Shown here in pieces: positions 1-12,380 of a stretch of DNA of 64,000 nucleotides (positions are counted from its first letter, which is position 1; the number at the start of each line of letters is the position of its first letter). The notes under the pieces are model-generated. The model worked only from the letters and a program-made list of their open reading frames with translations, made no database searches and had not been told where the DNA came from. Where the stretch lies: assembly GCA_028534125.1 (NCBI GenBank), contig CM052818.1, positions 27,530,001 to 27,594,000 of the forward strand. Reading direction: 5' to 3'. Position numbers and translations under genes: made by a program. Origin of the DNA: Lama glama. Lineage: Eukaryota.

Positions 1-1321
1 TTTTCCATTGCAATATAGCCCCCCCAAAGCCCCATTCTGCTGTATTAATAATAGGACCTCAATTTTTATGATCCACCTCAACATTTTACTACTGAGTATA
101 TTCTTTACCATACTTTCAGCGCATAGTGAGACTCACTTATGGAAAAGTTTCACGTGTGGACAACACAGATCCACCCCATCATCCCTCTCCCTTCGTCTTC
201 TCACGAGGGTCCCAAAGACACAGCTTTCTGCTCTGGCTGTAAGAACTCGTGGCCACTTTACTCGGCAAGGAGAATGAATGTGCCAAAACTTCTGGATCTA
301 CTGACTAAAGTTCTTACATTTTAGTAGCTCTGCACCTTACAACCACTGAGTGAGAAATCTTTCAAGTGCTGGCAGAGAACTGTTGCCATGTTCACCTTAG
401 TGAGTTATATAAGGAAGTCCGTGGCTTCTTGCCTCCTCTGGTCTGGCACCCAGGGAATGGGCCAGGAAAGGTGGAGCTTTATGAATTAGAATGCGGCTCA
501 CTGACATTGAAAAGGACGCCTCTTCATGTATGTATTTGTAGTCGTTTTAAGCATGAAAAGGCAAAACACAGAGGATAGACGTAAATATAAAAGAACTAAC
601 TCCTCCACAAGAGGTAATTTAATAACCAGCTCTTAATTTAATAGCTGCTGTACACCAATTTAGTGATGATCAACCCCACATGCGAACTCCCTCTGAGCGT
701 TAACATATTGGACTTTGGCAAAATGAACTCAGGTCCACTGCAGCTAGATTGGAACAAACTTTAGGAAATTAACTCCACTTGACATCCCCCAATTTCTGAT
801 ATTTAGGGCTGAGTTCTAATGCATGGATAGATATTAAAGCTGCCCAGATGTGATTGGAATTCACCTCAGATTGTCTCTGAGCAAATCAGAGACAAATCAA
901 ATCTTTCACCCTCGCTCTGAGAAGCTTGATGAAAATGCCCTTTGGAGTAATTTTTACGGAACCTAATCATGCTGTCGACTTTGAGGACTGTGCTGTTGTC
1001 TGTTTGGTGTTTCTATCTTATTTTTTCCTGGGTGTGAGGGGTGTGACTTCCTTGTTCCTCCTACAGAACACGTCCTCCTCGAACCCATCTGTCTCCTGTG
1101 TATGTAAGAAATCATTAGCACGGCATTTCAGCTTTCTAGTGGGTATAGCCTTGTCCAGGGATTAACCATCTGACTGTCCACAGGGGTGATTATATACTTT
1201 ATCTTCCAAAGTGGGACACTCTCAAAGGCACTATTATTGATTACACGTTGACAGCCAGCATAAACCAGGGCTGTCCTGGACAAACTGGGACATGTGGTAA
1301 CATTACTGGGAACTGAAAACA

Positions 1322-1459
1322 GAGCTGTGTGCCCCTGTGTCTCAGATATTATAGAATCTTCCACAGGACATTCACTTCTCTCAGAGGACCGACAACATTG
1401 GCTCGTTTATGTTGCATCAGCCACAGGCAACGCAGCAGAGCAGTGGAGCACGAGGGCTC
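1322..1459 (+). repeat. 138-bp dispersed duplication, copy 1
   Basis: Aligns ungapped to 2484-2621 with 10 mismatches by manual count. Confidence 0.95.
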
Positions 1460-1730
1460 TGGCCTCTCTCCAGCTTGTGCCCCTTCTTTGAAGGATAACT
1501 TACTGTCTCTCAACCCTTGAACCAGATCTCCTGGGCTCAAATTCCAGCACTCTCCTTTCTGAGATGTGCAACTTTGCAAAGACCCTTCTGGGTCTCAGTT
1601 TCCTCATCTATAAAATAATGATAAAATTTGAAAATGACTCATAAGGTTCTGTAGAATAAAGTGAGTTAATAGTTAGGAAATAATTATCAGAGAGTCTGGT
1701 ACATCATAGGCGTTCAATAATCTGTTAGCT
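1425..1730 (+). mobile_element. MIR SINE, interrupted by about 57 nt
   Basis: Head gagcacgagggctctgg, core ctcagtttcctcatctataaaat, tail ctggtacatcataggcgttcaataa. Confidence 0.75.
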
Positions 1731-2483
1731 GTTTTCCTAATTGACCCTTTTCCTTTATGAGATTATATCTCCAGCTGCTCCGCCTTCCAGCGCTGCCTGC
1801 TTGTTAACACTCTGCCATCCTATCTGAGTGCCAGACATCTTTCCATCTAAGCCCTCTGGGCTGATGTGACTGGTTATTTTACGCCCTGGTAATTGCCTAG
1901 GTATTTCTGTTCCCCCATTATTCTCCATACGCTGGTTCTTTTTTATCTTCAGTATTTTCATAAGGTTGCCTCCAGCCAAATACATTGAGGACCCTTTTCA
2001 CTATTCAGAGTCACTTCCATACAACAACATGTTACAGAGCAGACAAAATGAATCTGTAACTTCACTTTTACTGACACATTACTCTGTCTCCATATCTTCT
2101 AGGGAGCTTGATGTCAGGCATTGGTTTCTAGGCTATTACTGCCTGAAGGTTACAAAGGATGCATCTTGAGACTCGTCATTAGTATCTTCTGCTAGAATAT
2201 GCATGGCTCTCTGCGACAATTTAATAAATCTTACATGAAAACTGGCATGGAGCCACCTTTTGTCAGAGAATTGTGGCAAAAAGGTGTTTTCCAAGTCTCG
2301 TAAGGAACATGACCTTCATTCTTCTTGTGTATTGCGTCCTTGGATAAGGCATCTCACCCCATCTGAAAGCAGGAAAAAAATACCTGTCCTAACCTCTTAG
2401 CAGGTATTTGTGACTGTGAAATTGAAATTACTCATGTGAACCATTATCAGAGGAGGAAAAGAAACAAACATGCTGTATTGCAG

Positions 2484-2621
2484 GAGCAGTGTGCCCCTGT
2501 GTCTTAAACATTATAGAATCTTCCACAGGACATTCACTTCTCTCAGAAGACCGACAAAATCGGCTCGTTTACGTTGCATCGGCCACAGGCAACGCAGCAG
2601 AGCAGGGGAGCACGAGGGCTC
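2484..2621 (+). repeat. 138-bp dispersed duplication, copy 2
   Basis: Aligns ungapped to 1322-1459. Confidence 0.95.
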
Positions 2622-2779
2622 ATAAGCATTTGGTGTATTGACATTAACTGAGATAGTTAAGCTTATTTTCAATATCTTATTCTTAACTTTGCAGGAATGG
2701 GCGGGACAATAGAGGACAATTGTCCCCACATCTGTAGATCACACCCTGTCCTTGTGACTATGACTGTCACCATCTTACT

Positions 2780-2990
2780 GTCATCAGCTCCAACAATTAC
2801 TGAACTTTTATTCTGCTTGGGCATTTCACATGCCTAATCCCATTCAATTCTCAAAATAATACTGTGAGGTGGGTTCTGTCAGGCCACAGTAGATGGAAAC
2901 AGAAGTATGTTAACATTAAATAACTTTGCCTATGTCAGCGAACTGGGGCATAAAACTAGGTCAAGCTGGAGCTCACTCACCTTAACTGCT
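2780..2990 (-). mobile_element. MIR fragment
   Basis: Degenerate reverse core (cccattcaattctcaaaataatactgtgaggt...agatggaaacagaag). Confidence 0.55.
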
Positions 2991-3754
2991 AGGTTATTAG
3001 ATCTGTGTCTTTCTGAGGGAAGGTATGGGTCCATTGTGCCTGGGAAAAGTCCTCAAAGCCCATGTTTGCTAACAGTGAGTCAACAGAAACATTTTGAATC
3101 CATGGAGAGCACCACGTAAACATACACAAGGAAGGTGAGAATCCTAGTATGCTATTGTGTGCTATGCAAGGCAGACATCCTGGGACTGGTAAGTATAACC
3201 AGCTGGTGATAATCATTCTTAAAGCTATTTTATTCTCATGTCCAGTGAAGCACATGCCAAAGCTCAAGACCAAGAACATTTCTTCACAAAAGTGGCCCTT
3301 GCAGTTGTTTCTTTGATGAATCACTTCCATGTCAGAGAGACCACACTAGGCGAATGTTCTAGGGAGGTTCACTGCCGTTGTGCCCTACATGTTTTAAGAT
3401 TGGTTACATTGTTAGCATAACCATATTGAGAGAATTTCTAAGGAGCAGATGATATGTTCTGGAAGCTTCCACCTAAGATCAAGCATAAAAATGATGAAAA
3501 TAATTAACATTTAAAGCACTTACTAGGTCCTAAGTATTTTATATGTATTAATTTACTTAATTCTCATAATAACTTTCAGAAATAGTCTCACTGTAGTCCT
3601 ATGTTATAATTAAGGACCTTGAAAGGAAGTCATTCTAATTGGTGGAACCCGGATGTCTTAGGGGAAAAAGATCTCAGCAATAAATTCAGTGTCTTTGGTG
3701 TCAAGGACAGGGCGGGGCTAGATCAGCACTGGAAATGTGAACCGAGGCTGGACC

Positions 3755-3990
3755 AGCTGCCTTTTATTGAGCATTTACTATTCCTTGGCCTGTGCTCAAC
3801 CCAACATTAATAATATCCTATTTCATCTCTACTTAAATGCTCCCTGGTGGGCACTGTCATTTCTGTTTTACAGAAGGAAACCGAGATTCACACAGGTTAT
3901 TTGCCTGCTGTCACACGATGATTAGTGGCACATCAATGTTTGAACACAAGTGTTTTTATCTCTAAGTCTGTGTTTTAACCAACATGCCAC
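3755..3990 (-). mobile_element. MIR
   Basis: tttattgagcatttacta...ttttacagaaggaaaccgagattcacacaggtt. Confidence 0.7.
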
Positions 3991-4179
3991 AGAGCAAAGC
4001 CTTGTTTGGATAAGATTTTACTCTGCCATTTGAACTCTGTCTTCTGAAGATTAGTCCTAATTTTTAAAACCCATTGTTATGCTTAGCTTTCCCTCTCAGT
4101 GTTTTAAATTTATCAATATCCATGTCTCCCAAACAAGGCAAAAACTTGAGCACATTTTTCCTTAAACCCTCTTTGCCCT

Positions 4180-5150
4180 TTCCTTGGTAGTGTATCATCT
4201 AGAGTGTTAATTCTTTGTTATTAAAATCATAAAAGTTTTTTTAAAATCATGCTTTTTTAGATATTGCAAACTTAATCAACTTCTTTGTAAATGCTTTCCT
4301 ATTTTCATTTATCTTTCTTTTTCACATTCCCTTGGGAATATTTCAAAGAGGATTTTTGAGTAGGAAAGGTTTTTTAAAATTTTGTAAGGCAGAGAAATTC
4401 TTTACCAAAATGGCAGTTTATCTGGATATAAAATTCTAAGTTCAAAGTTCTCTGTCTTTAAAATATTGAAGACATTATCCAGTGTTGCTGTTGAAAACCC
4501 TACCATCCACCCAGCCCTTTCTCAGGTCTTTTCTTACTCTCTGGAATCTTAAAAAGTTTTCTTTTTGTCTTTATGCTCTTAAGTTTAACTATTAGCTGTC
4601 TGGATATTGGTTTTAGTGTTCTTATCTGTCCTGTTCAGCACTCCATTAAGCCTTTTTATTTTGAGTTTTTATATCTTTCTTTAATCCTGGGAAATTCTTG
4701 TTTGCATGTCCTCCTCTCTATTTGCTCCTTTCTCACTTTCTGGAAATTCTATTTTATAGATTTTGACACTTTTATTTCTGTGTTTCATGGCTCTCAACGT
4801 TTTTCATGGGTTCCGTCTCTTCCAGGAAAGTTTTGTGACCCAACCTTCTGGTTCACTAGTTTGTACTTCAGTTGTAACCATTCTATGATTCCAGCTGTCT
4901 CTCTAGTTGGGGTTTTCTTTTTTCTTTTTAATCTCAACAGTTATGTTTTCATCCCCCAGATTTCAAATTAGTTCTTTTTCCTGCCCTATGATTTCAAAAG
5001 CTTCCCTTATCTCTCCGTGAGAGTATTTATTAAGACCATTTTAAATTCATATTCTGTTTCATTAGCTCTGCTTCCTCTGGAAACGCTTTTAATTTCAGTT
5101 CTCTTTCTCATTTGGAGCTTATGTTCCTCAAATATCTAATCTGTTTCCTT
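4180..5150 (-). mobile_element. Old L1 (L1M/HAL1-type) fragment
   Basis: T-rich antisense L1-like text (ctggatataaaattctaagtt...gttgctgttgaaaa; ttcagcactccatt). Confidence 0.6.
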
Positions 5151-5666
5151 GGGAGCATATCTTTAACTCCTTTAGGGCAGTCGCTTTGGCCCTAGCCCCA
5201 CTCTTCAGGGAGGGGAGATGGAGGTGTGGTAGAAAACATCTACCCAGGGGCAGAGAAAGTCTAGTGCTGCAGAGTGAGCTCACTTTTTCCAGCCCCCTCC
5301 CCACGTTCCCTGCTTGCTCCTAAGCCTAGGGGACCTGTGCCCTGGGCATCACACTCAGCAGCAATGAGCCGCCACCCTTTGCTGTAATTGCCTAGTGCAG
5401 GAGGACTGGGAAGGAATGAAGGGCCCAGAGAGACTCCAGCTTGTCCACCTGTCCTGCTGCCATCAACTCTCCCCCAACCAGGAAATCATTGCCCCCCCCG
5501 CCCCGGACAAGCCTCTGTTCACCTGGGCTGTGCAGTCAGGGGAGGTAAAAACTGCTGTGCCCCTCCCCACCACACACTGACCTTCCAGTTTCAGGCAAAC
5601 TCTGAAAAAATGTGGGGGAAAGAAAAGGCAGAATTATAAAGTTTTCTCCCATTCACCCTTCTTTCT

Positions 5667-5796
5667 TTTAGGGGGAGGGGACTAATTAGATTTGTTTGTT
5701 TGTTTATTTATTTATTTATGTGGAGGCACTGGGGATTGCACTCAGGACCTCATGAATGCTAGGCATGCACTCTAATACTGAGCTATTCCCTCCCTG
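5667..5796 (-). mobile_element. Camelid-type tRNA-derived SINE with TSD
   Basis: Reverse complement reads gggagggaatagctcagtattagagtgcatgcctagc...gtgcaatccccagtgcctcc plus an (AAAT)n tail. Flanked by a near-identical repeat ending tcacccttctttct at about 5646-5666 and 5797-5816. Confidence 0.9.
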
Positions 5797-5930
5797 CTCC
5801 ACTCACCCTTCTTTCTGTTTCCTGACTGCTATCCTTCCAAAAACAAGAGCAACCTTCTCTTTCCCTCGAAGCAAATTTCAGCTTTATATCAGTTACTGAG
5901 ACCCATCACTGTCTCCATGTCTCTGTGGTC

Positions 5931-6085
5931 ATGGCCAGCTTCCTGGGGGACCCTCCTGTGTAACTGCACAGGACCCTGTGTTCAGAAGGGTCCCCCACCA
6001 TCTTAAAATCCTTAACCCCTTTTGAACAAGAGGCCTGTTGTTTTCATTTTGCACTGGGCCCCACAAATCAGGCAGCCAGTGCTGC
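5931..6085 (+). mobile_element. MER91-like hAT DNA transposon relic
   Basis: ggccagcttc...cctgtgtaactgcacagg...ttttcattttgcactgggccccacaaat. Confidence 0.6.
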
Positions 6086-6626
6086 CTGCGCTACCTTCAC
6101 ATTTGGCTTCAGCAGTCTGGTCACCAAGTTATCTAAAACATACAGAAGTTAGATTTCTAGGGAATTCATCCCTACAGTTCTCTGCACATGGTCATGGACT
6201 GGCTGTATCTTCCGATTTAACAGAATTTCAATGAATTATTTTTGGTGGGGAGGCAGGATGGTTCAGATCAGCATCTCATGTCTACTGTGGTGACTACAAG
6301 GAAGCAGCGCCTGTACACACCTGCTTCACACCTGCAGGGAGGTCCTGAAGTCATGCAGGTGGGTTCTGATCTAGTAAATGTCCAGCTCCCCACTTGTTAA
6401 AGCAGATCTGAGTTTGGGAAGCATCAACTTTGGTAGGTAAAACCTCATAGCTCGTTGTAACTTGAAACATCTATCGACGCATGCAAAATCATGCCTATAC
6501 ATCTAGAAACCCATTTTTCTTGGAATAAGGTCTATGACTTCACAAGATTATCAAAGATATCCAGGCAAAGAAAAGGTTAAAAGTTACTACTCCATGGATT
6601 CTGTGAGAGAGATTTCAGTTTCTCCT

Positions 6627-6664
6627 ACACACATAAACACACACACACACAAACACACACACAG
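6627..6664. repeat. Imperfect (CA)n microsatellite
   Basis: Seen directly. Confidence 0.85.
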
Positions 6665-7329
6665 AGCACATAAAAGATTTCTCACTTGAGACTATATTGT
6701 CTCATCCTGCAGGTATGAATTATGACTAATCACTAATTATTGATGAGGACTATTTGAGATAAGAATATGCTGCATATTGTGTGGTTCCAATATCAATTTG
6801 AAAATGGATCAGCAAACAAACAAGTTCTGCTCAAAATGATCCAATTCTTGTTAATCTTTTTACCAGATTTCCTTTCCTGGTTGCAAAATTATAAATAATA
6901 ATTTTTTAAAAGTTGGCCCAAAAGTCTGGGGACAGTGATAAAAATAACAATGTATTGTGCCAGTTTTCACGTATGCTAATTACATTCTGTTAGAGTTGTC
7001 TATCTCCAAACATTTCTTTAAAGTCAATAAAGGATGTTCACTTTTACTGTTATGGAATCCACTGCTTCTCCCTCTGAGTCACCCTTCCCTGCCTGCCCAG
7101 CCCCAGCCCAGTTCCACCTGAGCATCAGAAAGTCCCTGCCGCTCCAGTTAACTGGCTGCTTTCAACGAAGAGAAAAAATACAACGCATGGCTCTTATTTT
7201 TCTAGCTCACCTTGATAATTATCAGAATGGAAAGTTAGAGATGTACAGTGATTGGCAATCTGATGCGTTCCCTCACATTAGAGTCAGTACAGTGCTCAGT
7301 AAAAGCTCAGAGGAAAGCAACCATCGTCC

Positions 7330-7560
7330 CCGTAGCTGACATGTACGGTGTGCTCTCTTCCTGAAGATGTTAAGTTCTTTACAGATACTTTCAAAACAAC
7401 TCTACACCCAAAAAGCTATCATCACCCAATCTGAGGAAACTGAGGCACAGATCAAGAAAATTATTTGACCCTAGTCAAATAACTCATCAGTAGAGAAGCC
7501 AGGAACTTGACCCAGCAGCCTGATTCTAGAAGTCAATGCTTATAACTACATGATACCTGC
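7330..7560 (-). mobile_element. MIR
   Basis: tgaggaaactgaggcacaga...gcctgattctagaagtcaatgct. Confidence 0.7.
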
Positions 7561-7907
7561 TCCCTGAATCAGAGCTCCTGGTGAGCAAAAGAACACCAGA
7601 GTTGTCACACATCTAGTTAACAGAATTCCAACTGAACAGCAAATAAATCAGATCATGTAGTTAGTCTATACTGACTTACCATGGGAGATCATGGAGTCTT
7701 CTATAGGATTTTTTAGAAAAGCCAGGTTGGGGAAGAACCAACCTACTTCTTTCTACATAAGTGATGCCCTCACTTCTGTGCCCCTAAGCTCATAGGCAGA
7801 GTCCAACTCATAGCTGGGATTGCATGAACATTTGCTGAATTGAACTAGATTAAGAATAACTTTCCACTACTTGCAACTATAAAACTGAAGAAGAAGAGGT
7901 GGATCTA

Positions 7908-8108
7908 GATCTGTGGTTTTCAGCCCTGGCTGTACGTGAGCGTCACCTAGGGAGCTTGTAAAAAGCACTGATGCCCCAGCTCCACCCCAGGGATTTTGGT
8001 GTGAGGTAGGTTACAGGCTTTGCTACTGTCTCTGTCTGTCTGTTTTTTTTTTTCTCTCTCTTTCTCTGCAGTGATTCTGATGTAAAGCTGGAGTTGAAAA
8101 CCATAGCC
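7908..8108. mobile_element. MER5-like hAT-Charlie element
   Basis: gtggttttcagccctggctg...cacctagggagcttgtaaaa...gtgattctgatgt...gttgaaaacca. Confidence 0.7.
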
Positions 8109-9227
8109 CAGTGTTTCTCAACAATTTGCCATTTAGACCAGCAGATCAGTCCATTAACAACTCAAGATCACACTGAAAATGATGTTCCTCCATCTTATTC
8201 ATAGGTGCAGACAGGTGTGGAGTACTTTGCATATTTCCCCTAGAACAATACCCAGATTCATTAGCATGTTTAATTTCTTATAAATCCTTGGACACATACA
8301 TTGCAGTTGGTTCAAGTGCTACTGCCTGGTGGGAACCCCTGACCTAATTTCTTAACCCCCTCACATCTACTTCAGCCAAACCCTGAGAGAGGCAGCTGAT
8401 CAATATACTTAAATTGACTAGTTATATTACAGCTGTTCTCTTTCCCCCTTCTTTTCCAACTGGAGGCATTTCTAGCGGCATTGCAACTGTCAGCTTTAAG
8501 GACTCCTGTGCAAGAAAAAATTAGAAAAGGGAGCTTCTAGTTTAAGTTAATGGAGAAAAGCTTAATTTCCTTCTCATCTGATTAGCTACTCAGATTTGGA
8601 AATCTATCAATGTTTCCAGGTCTGCCTGCTTCAAAATACTTTTTAAAGGTCATTTACATAATCCTGTCTAGGATGCCATATGGGTAGTGGATCAAAAGCG
8701 TTGTTACTCCTGTGACTTCCATCCCATCCTGAGATGAGCTTCCAATAGCATATTCTGGAAGCTAATGGACACTTTCCTTTAACCCTAACACAGTGCTGGT
8801 AATGTTTTCCTCTGTGGATTTGGAATTTTAATCCAAAGATTATGCAACCACTGTTTTTTTTTCTTTAAGAAGCAATTTATTTTGAGGGTGAAGTGCTCTG
8901 TCTTAGGTTAAGCAATTTCCTCTTCAGCTATTTTGCTAGTTAGAAGAGATAATGCTCTCAAAGGCCAAGTGTGGGCATCTTCCATCTTCCTGATGATACT
9001 GACTCAGATGGGATCCTCAGCCCCTTTTCTGAACTAGTCCTTAGGGAGTGTTCTGAATGTTTTAGAGAACAAACAAGCCTCTGGTGTGATACTCATATGT
9101 AGGACATTTTTGCCCTTTGTGAAGCAAGAGAGAGAGAGAACAATGACCACAGTAGAGGGAAAAGTGTGTTTAAACCCATAAATGTATGTATAGAGAAGAA
9201 TGTGTCTGTGGGTGTATTACGTGTCAG

Positions 9228-9460
9228 GGAGGCAGTGTGGCCTCATGACTGGAATCAGAGAAACCTGGGCACAACTTCAGGTTCTGTCACTTACTCTTTG
9301 GATGATCTTGGGTAGGTTTTTTAACCCCTCACTATTTTTGCTTCCTTGTCTATAAAAATGATAGTAATAATAATAATAACTTCGTGAGCTACTGTCAGTA
9401 TCAAATAAGTCATATAAAGTTCTTACTGTTGCACCTCAGTAAGTAACTTCTCAATCAAAT
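9228..9460 (+). mobile_element. MIR
   Basis: ggaggcagtgtgg...ggaatcagagaaacctggg...cttccttgtctataaaaatg. Confidence 0.7.
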
Positions 9461-9609
9461 TTGTTAAAAGGATGGTAGTGGTGGTGGTTGTACACGTGTG
9501 TTTTCTGTGTACAGTAAGGATACCACGTATCCCCTGTAGCACCATAAATAAGACATTCCTTTGATTTATTTATCTAATGATGGTGATACCCATTCACACT
9601 TACCTGCTA

Positions 9610-9838
9610 ATAGGCTGATAAATAAATTTAACAACTGGCTCTTGGGCAGGGAGTGGGGTGGGGAAGGAAAATCTCTGATTTGAAGCATTTCCTTGGTGTA
9701 CCTACTACCTCCATGGCCAATTTCAACATACCAACATGACGTGATGTGATGTGATGTGACGTGATGTGCCTGAACAGTAAGTCGCGAAGAGATGCATATG
9801 GCTGGTTTCCCGGCACTGGCTCCAGCTCACTCACGGCT
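9610..9838. mobile_element. Arthur1-like hAT-Tip100 fragment
   Basis: tttaacaactggctc...caacatgacgt...gaagagatgcata...ctggctccagc, with an internal (GTGAT)n expansion. Confidence 0.65.
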
Positions 9839-10569
9839 GTATTTACCCCACAAGCTCTTAGAACCAGCAGCACAGGATGGCTCAGTGTGACACAGATTCC
9901 TCTCTCTCTCAGAAAAAGCTAAATGGCTCACAGGGATTGATTGTGTCCATGTCTGCATTATACATGAAGTGGCTGAGTAGGATACCTGACAATGATGGCT
10001 ACAGCTCTTCTTGAAGGGTCTTGTTTGACAGAAGAACTGTAGGATATTAGATCAGGAAGGGGCCAGAGATATCATCCAGCCTCTGGTGCAACCTCTAATT
10101 CTGAAAAGGAAACTTGAGCATCAAGGATTATGAAATTAGGTAATTCACACCTGTTCCTCCTGCTGTTTTCTAATCATGCTAGGATTAGAAACTACATCTT
10201 CTTGACTCCTGTCCTCTTTTGGCTCTCCTGTCAACAAAACTTCTGCAGCCGCAGGCCATTTGGTGGCAGAACTCAGTAACAGAGGAAGAATATGTACTTA
10301 GTTGCTGCAAGTCATCTTTCTATTCACTTGAAAGGAACATGATGCAAAAAATTTTTTTTAATAAATCAAGATTTTTCCCAAATGCTCACCTATGGACTTA
10401 CTTCTGAGGCTGACTTTGGAACTCTCCTACAGTTCAGGTGCACTTAAAGAGATGTTCCAGGAATAAACAGAAAGGAGTCCTCTTTGAAGATAAGCACACA
10501 TGCAAGGGTCTTACAAAGAAGACCAAACTATGATAAGACTCCAATGTATTGACATTCCCTTAAAAACAT

Positions 10570-12380
10570 CAATTTGTTTTAATTATACAAATATTAGAGC
10601 ACCTTTATGTGCCAGGTGCCACTTTTCTAGATGCTACAGATACACATGAGTAGATGAAGCCACTGCCTTCGTGAACTTGCTTTCTGATTTGGGGTGGGGG
10701 TGCAGAGTGAGAAGAATAGAAACTGATTATATATCTTACAATTTTAGGAGGAAATAAATGCTCTGAAGAGAAGAGAATCAAAGTAAGGAGAAAGAGTGCA
10801 ATGGCAGGAGGTGGGAGGGCCACTATTTAGATAGAGAGGTCAGGAAAAAAAAGGTCTTTCTGAGGAAATGACCTTCTGGTAAAGATGTGAAAGAAATGAG
10901 AATTTAAGGGGAAGTATCCCTGTGGGGGAAAAATTAAAAATGAAGGCCCAAACAAGCTGTTGTGTTTGAGGAACATGAGAGGGGTTGCAGAAAGGATGGT
11001 AAGGAATGAGAATCACGAAGGACTAGAATGAATCATCATGGACATTTGCTTTGGATTTTATTCTGATTATGATGGGAAGCCTTAAATGGTTTTGAGCAAA
11101 GAAAGAAAGTGACTTGATTAAATTTTTAAATGATTATTCTAGCCACTGTATGAATATCAGACTTTAAAGCTAAGGGTAGATGCAGGAAGGCAACCTGGCC
11201 AGCTACAGCAGTGGCCCAGTTGAGAAATGATGGTGTCTTGGACACCTGTTGTGGAGATGGTGAAAAGTGGTTGAATTCAGGAGAGATTTTGGAAGGATCA
11301 CTGGCAGGGCTTTCTGGTAGACCAGATGTAGGGAATTAGAGAAAAGGAAAATTCAGGATGATTCTTTATTCTTGGGCTTGAATCCCTTAGTTTATAACGC
11401 TGCCATTAATTGCATGAGGAAAATTGAGGAAGGTGTAGTTTATAAGAGGGCAAAAGGGCAGAGTACTTTTTAGGCCATGCTAAGTCTGAGATGATAGTTA
11501 ATATCTAAAGAGAGACATAGATGTTGAACTGAGGGAAGAATCTGCATCTAGAAATACTAATATTAACATCATTAGCATTTAATTAATATTTAAAGCCAAA
11601 AGATTAGAGAGATAATCCCATACAGAACACAGAGAAGAGGAATGAGGACTGAGTCCCAGGACTCTCCAGTGTTTGGAGGTCTGGAAAAGAGGAAGGTCCA
11701 GCAAAGGGCCTGCCAGAGACTATTCAGGGAAGGAGAAGAACAATCCGGATATTGTGTAACCGGGAAGCCAAGCGAAGAAAATGCTTCCAGAACAATGGAG
11801 TAATGACTGATGTGAAAGTCTGCTGGAATTTGAATAAGTAGAGAACTCGGAACTGACCAATGGACTTTAACAGATGGAGGTCACTGGTAATATTGCCAAG
11901 AACAGTTTCAATTCTGGAATGAGGAGGAAAGTCTCATTGAAATGAATTCAAGAGAGAAGAGGTGATTAAGAAGTGAAGAGAGCAAATACTGACCACTCTA
12001 TTAAGGAAATGGACTTTTTCTTTTTTAAAGATGAGAAATATTTCAACATGTTTGTGTGCTGATGTACGTAACCTAGTAGAGGGGGAAGTTTCATGACCAG
12101 GAAAGATATAACCACAGGAGTGATATCCTTGAATTGATGAGAGTACACGGATCCAGTGTACCAGGTAGGGCTTAGGTAATAGCAGTAACAAACAGTCCAT
12201 CCACCATGGCAGGAGGAAGACCATACACATGGGCAAAAATGTGGGTGGGAAATGTGTTGAAGCTCTCTATCAATAGCTACTATTTCTATAATTAAAATAA
12301 GAAGCAAGATCATCAGCTAAGAATGAAAATGAGTCAAGGATTGTGGAGGTTGGATAAGAGAGAATAACTATGACTATGTT
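10570..12380 (-). mobile_element. L2 LINE, about 1.8 kb 3' portion
   Basis: Begins gagcacctttatgtgccagg (reverse L2 tail), followed by purine-rich antisense L2 text (ggttttgagca, gaggactgagtccc, atggaggtcactgg). Confidence 0.85.

Noticed and set aside
1067..1103. Plus-strand micro-exon candidates (also 34755-34789 and isolated strong donors near 3189, 51195, 56586, 63496)
   Set aside because: Such splice-like matches are expected by chance in 64 kb and form no consistent reading frame.
1322..1459. H/ACA snoRNA-like reading of the duplicated unit on the minus strand (AGAGAA box, stem, terminal ACA)
   Set aside because: The 5' part is a MIR head, the first hairpin is irregular and I recognise no snoRNA. 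An Infernal/Rfam hit would be needed.
4573..4971. 132-aa hydrophobic ORF
   Set aside because: Antisense T-rich old L1 sequence; a compositional artefact.
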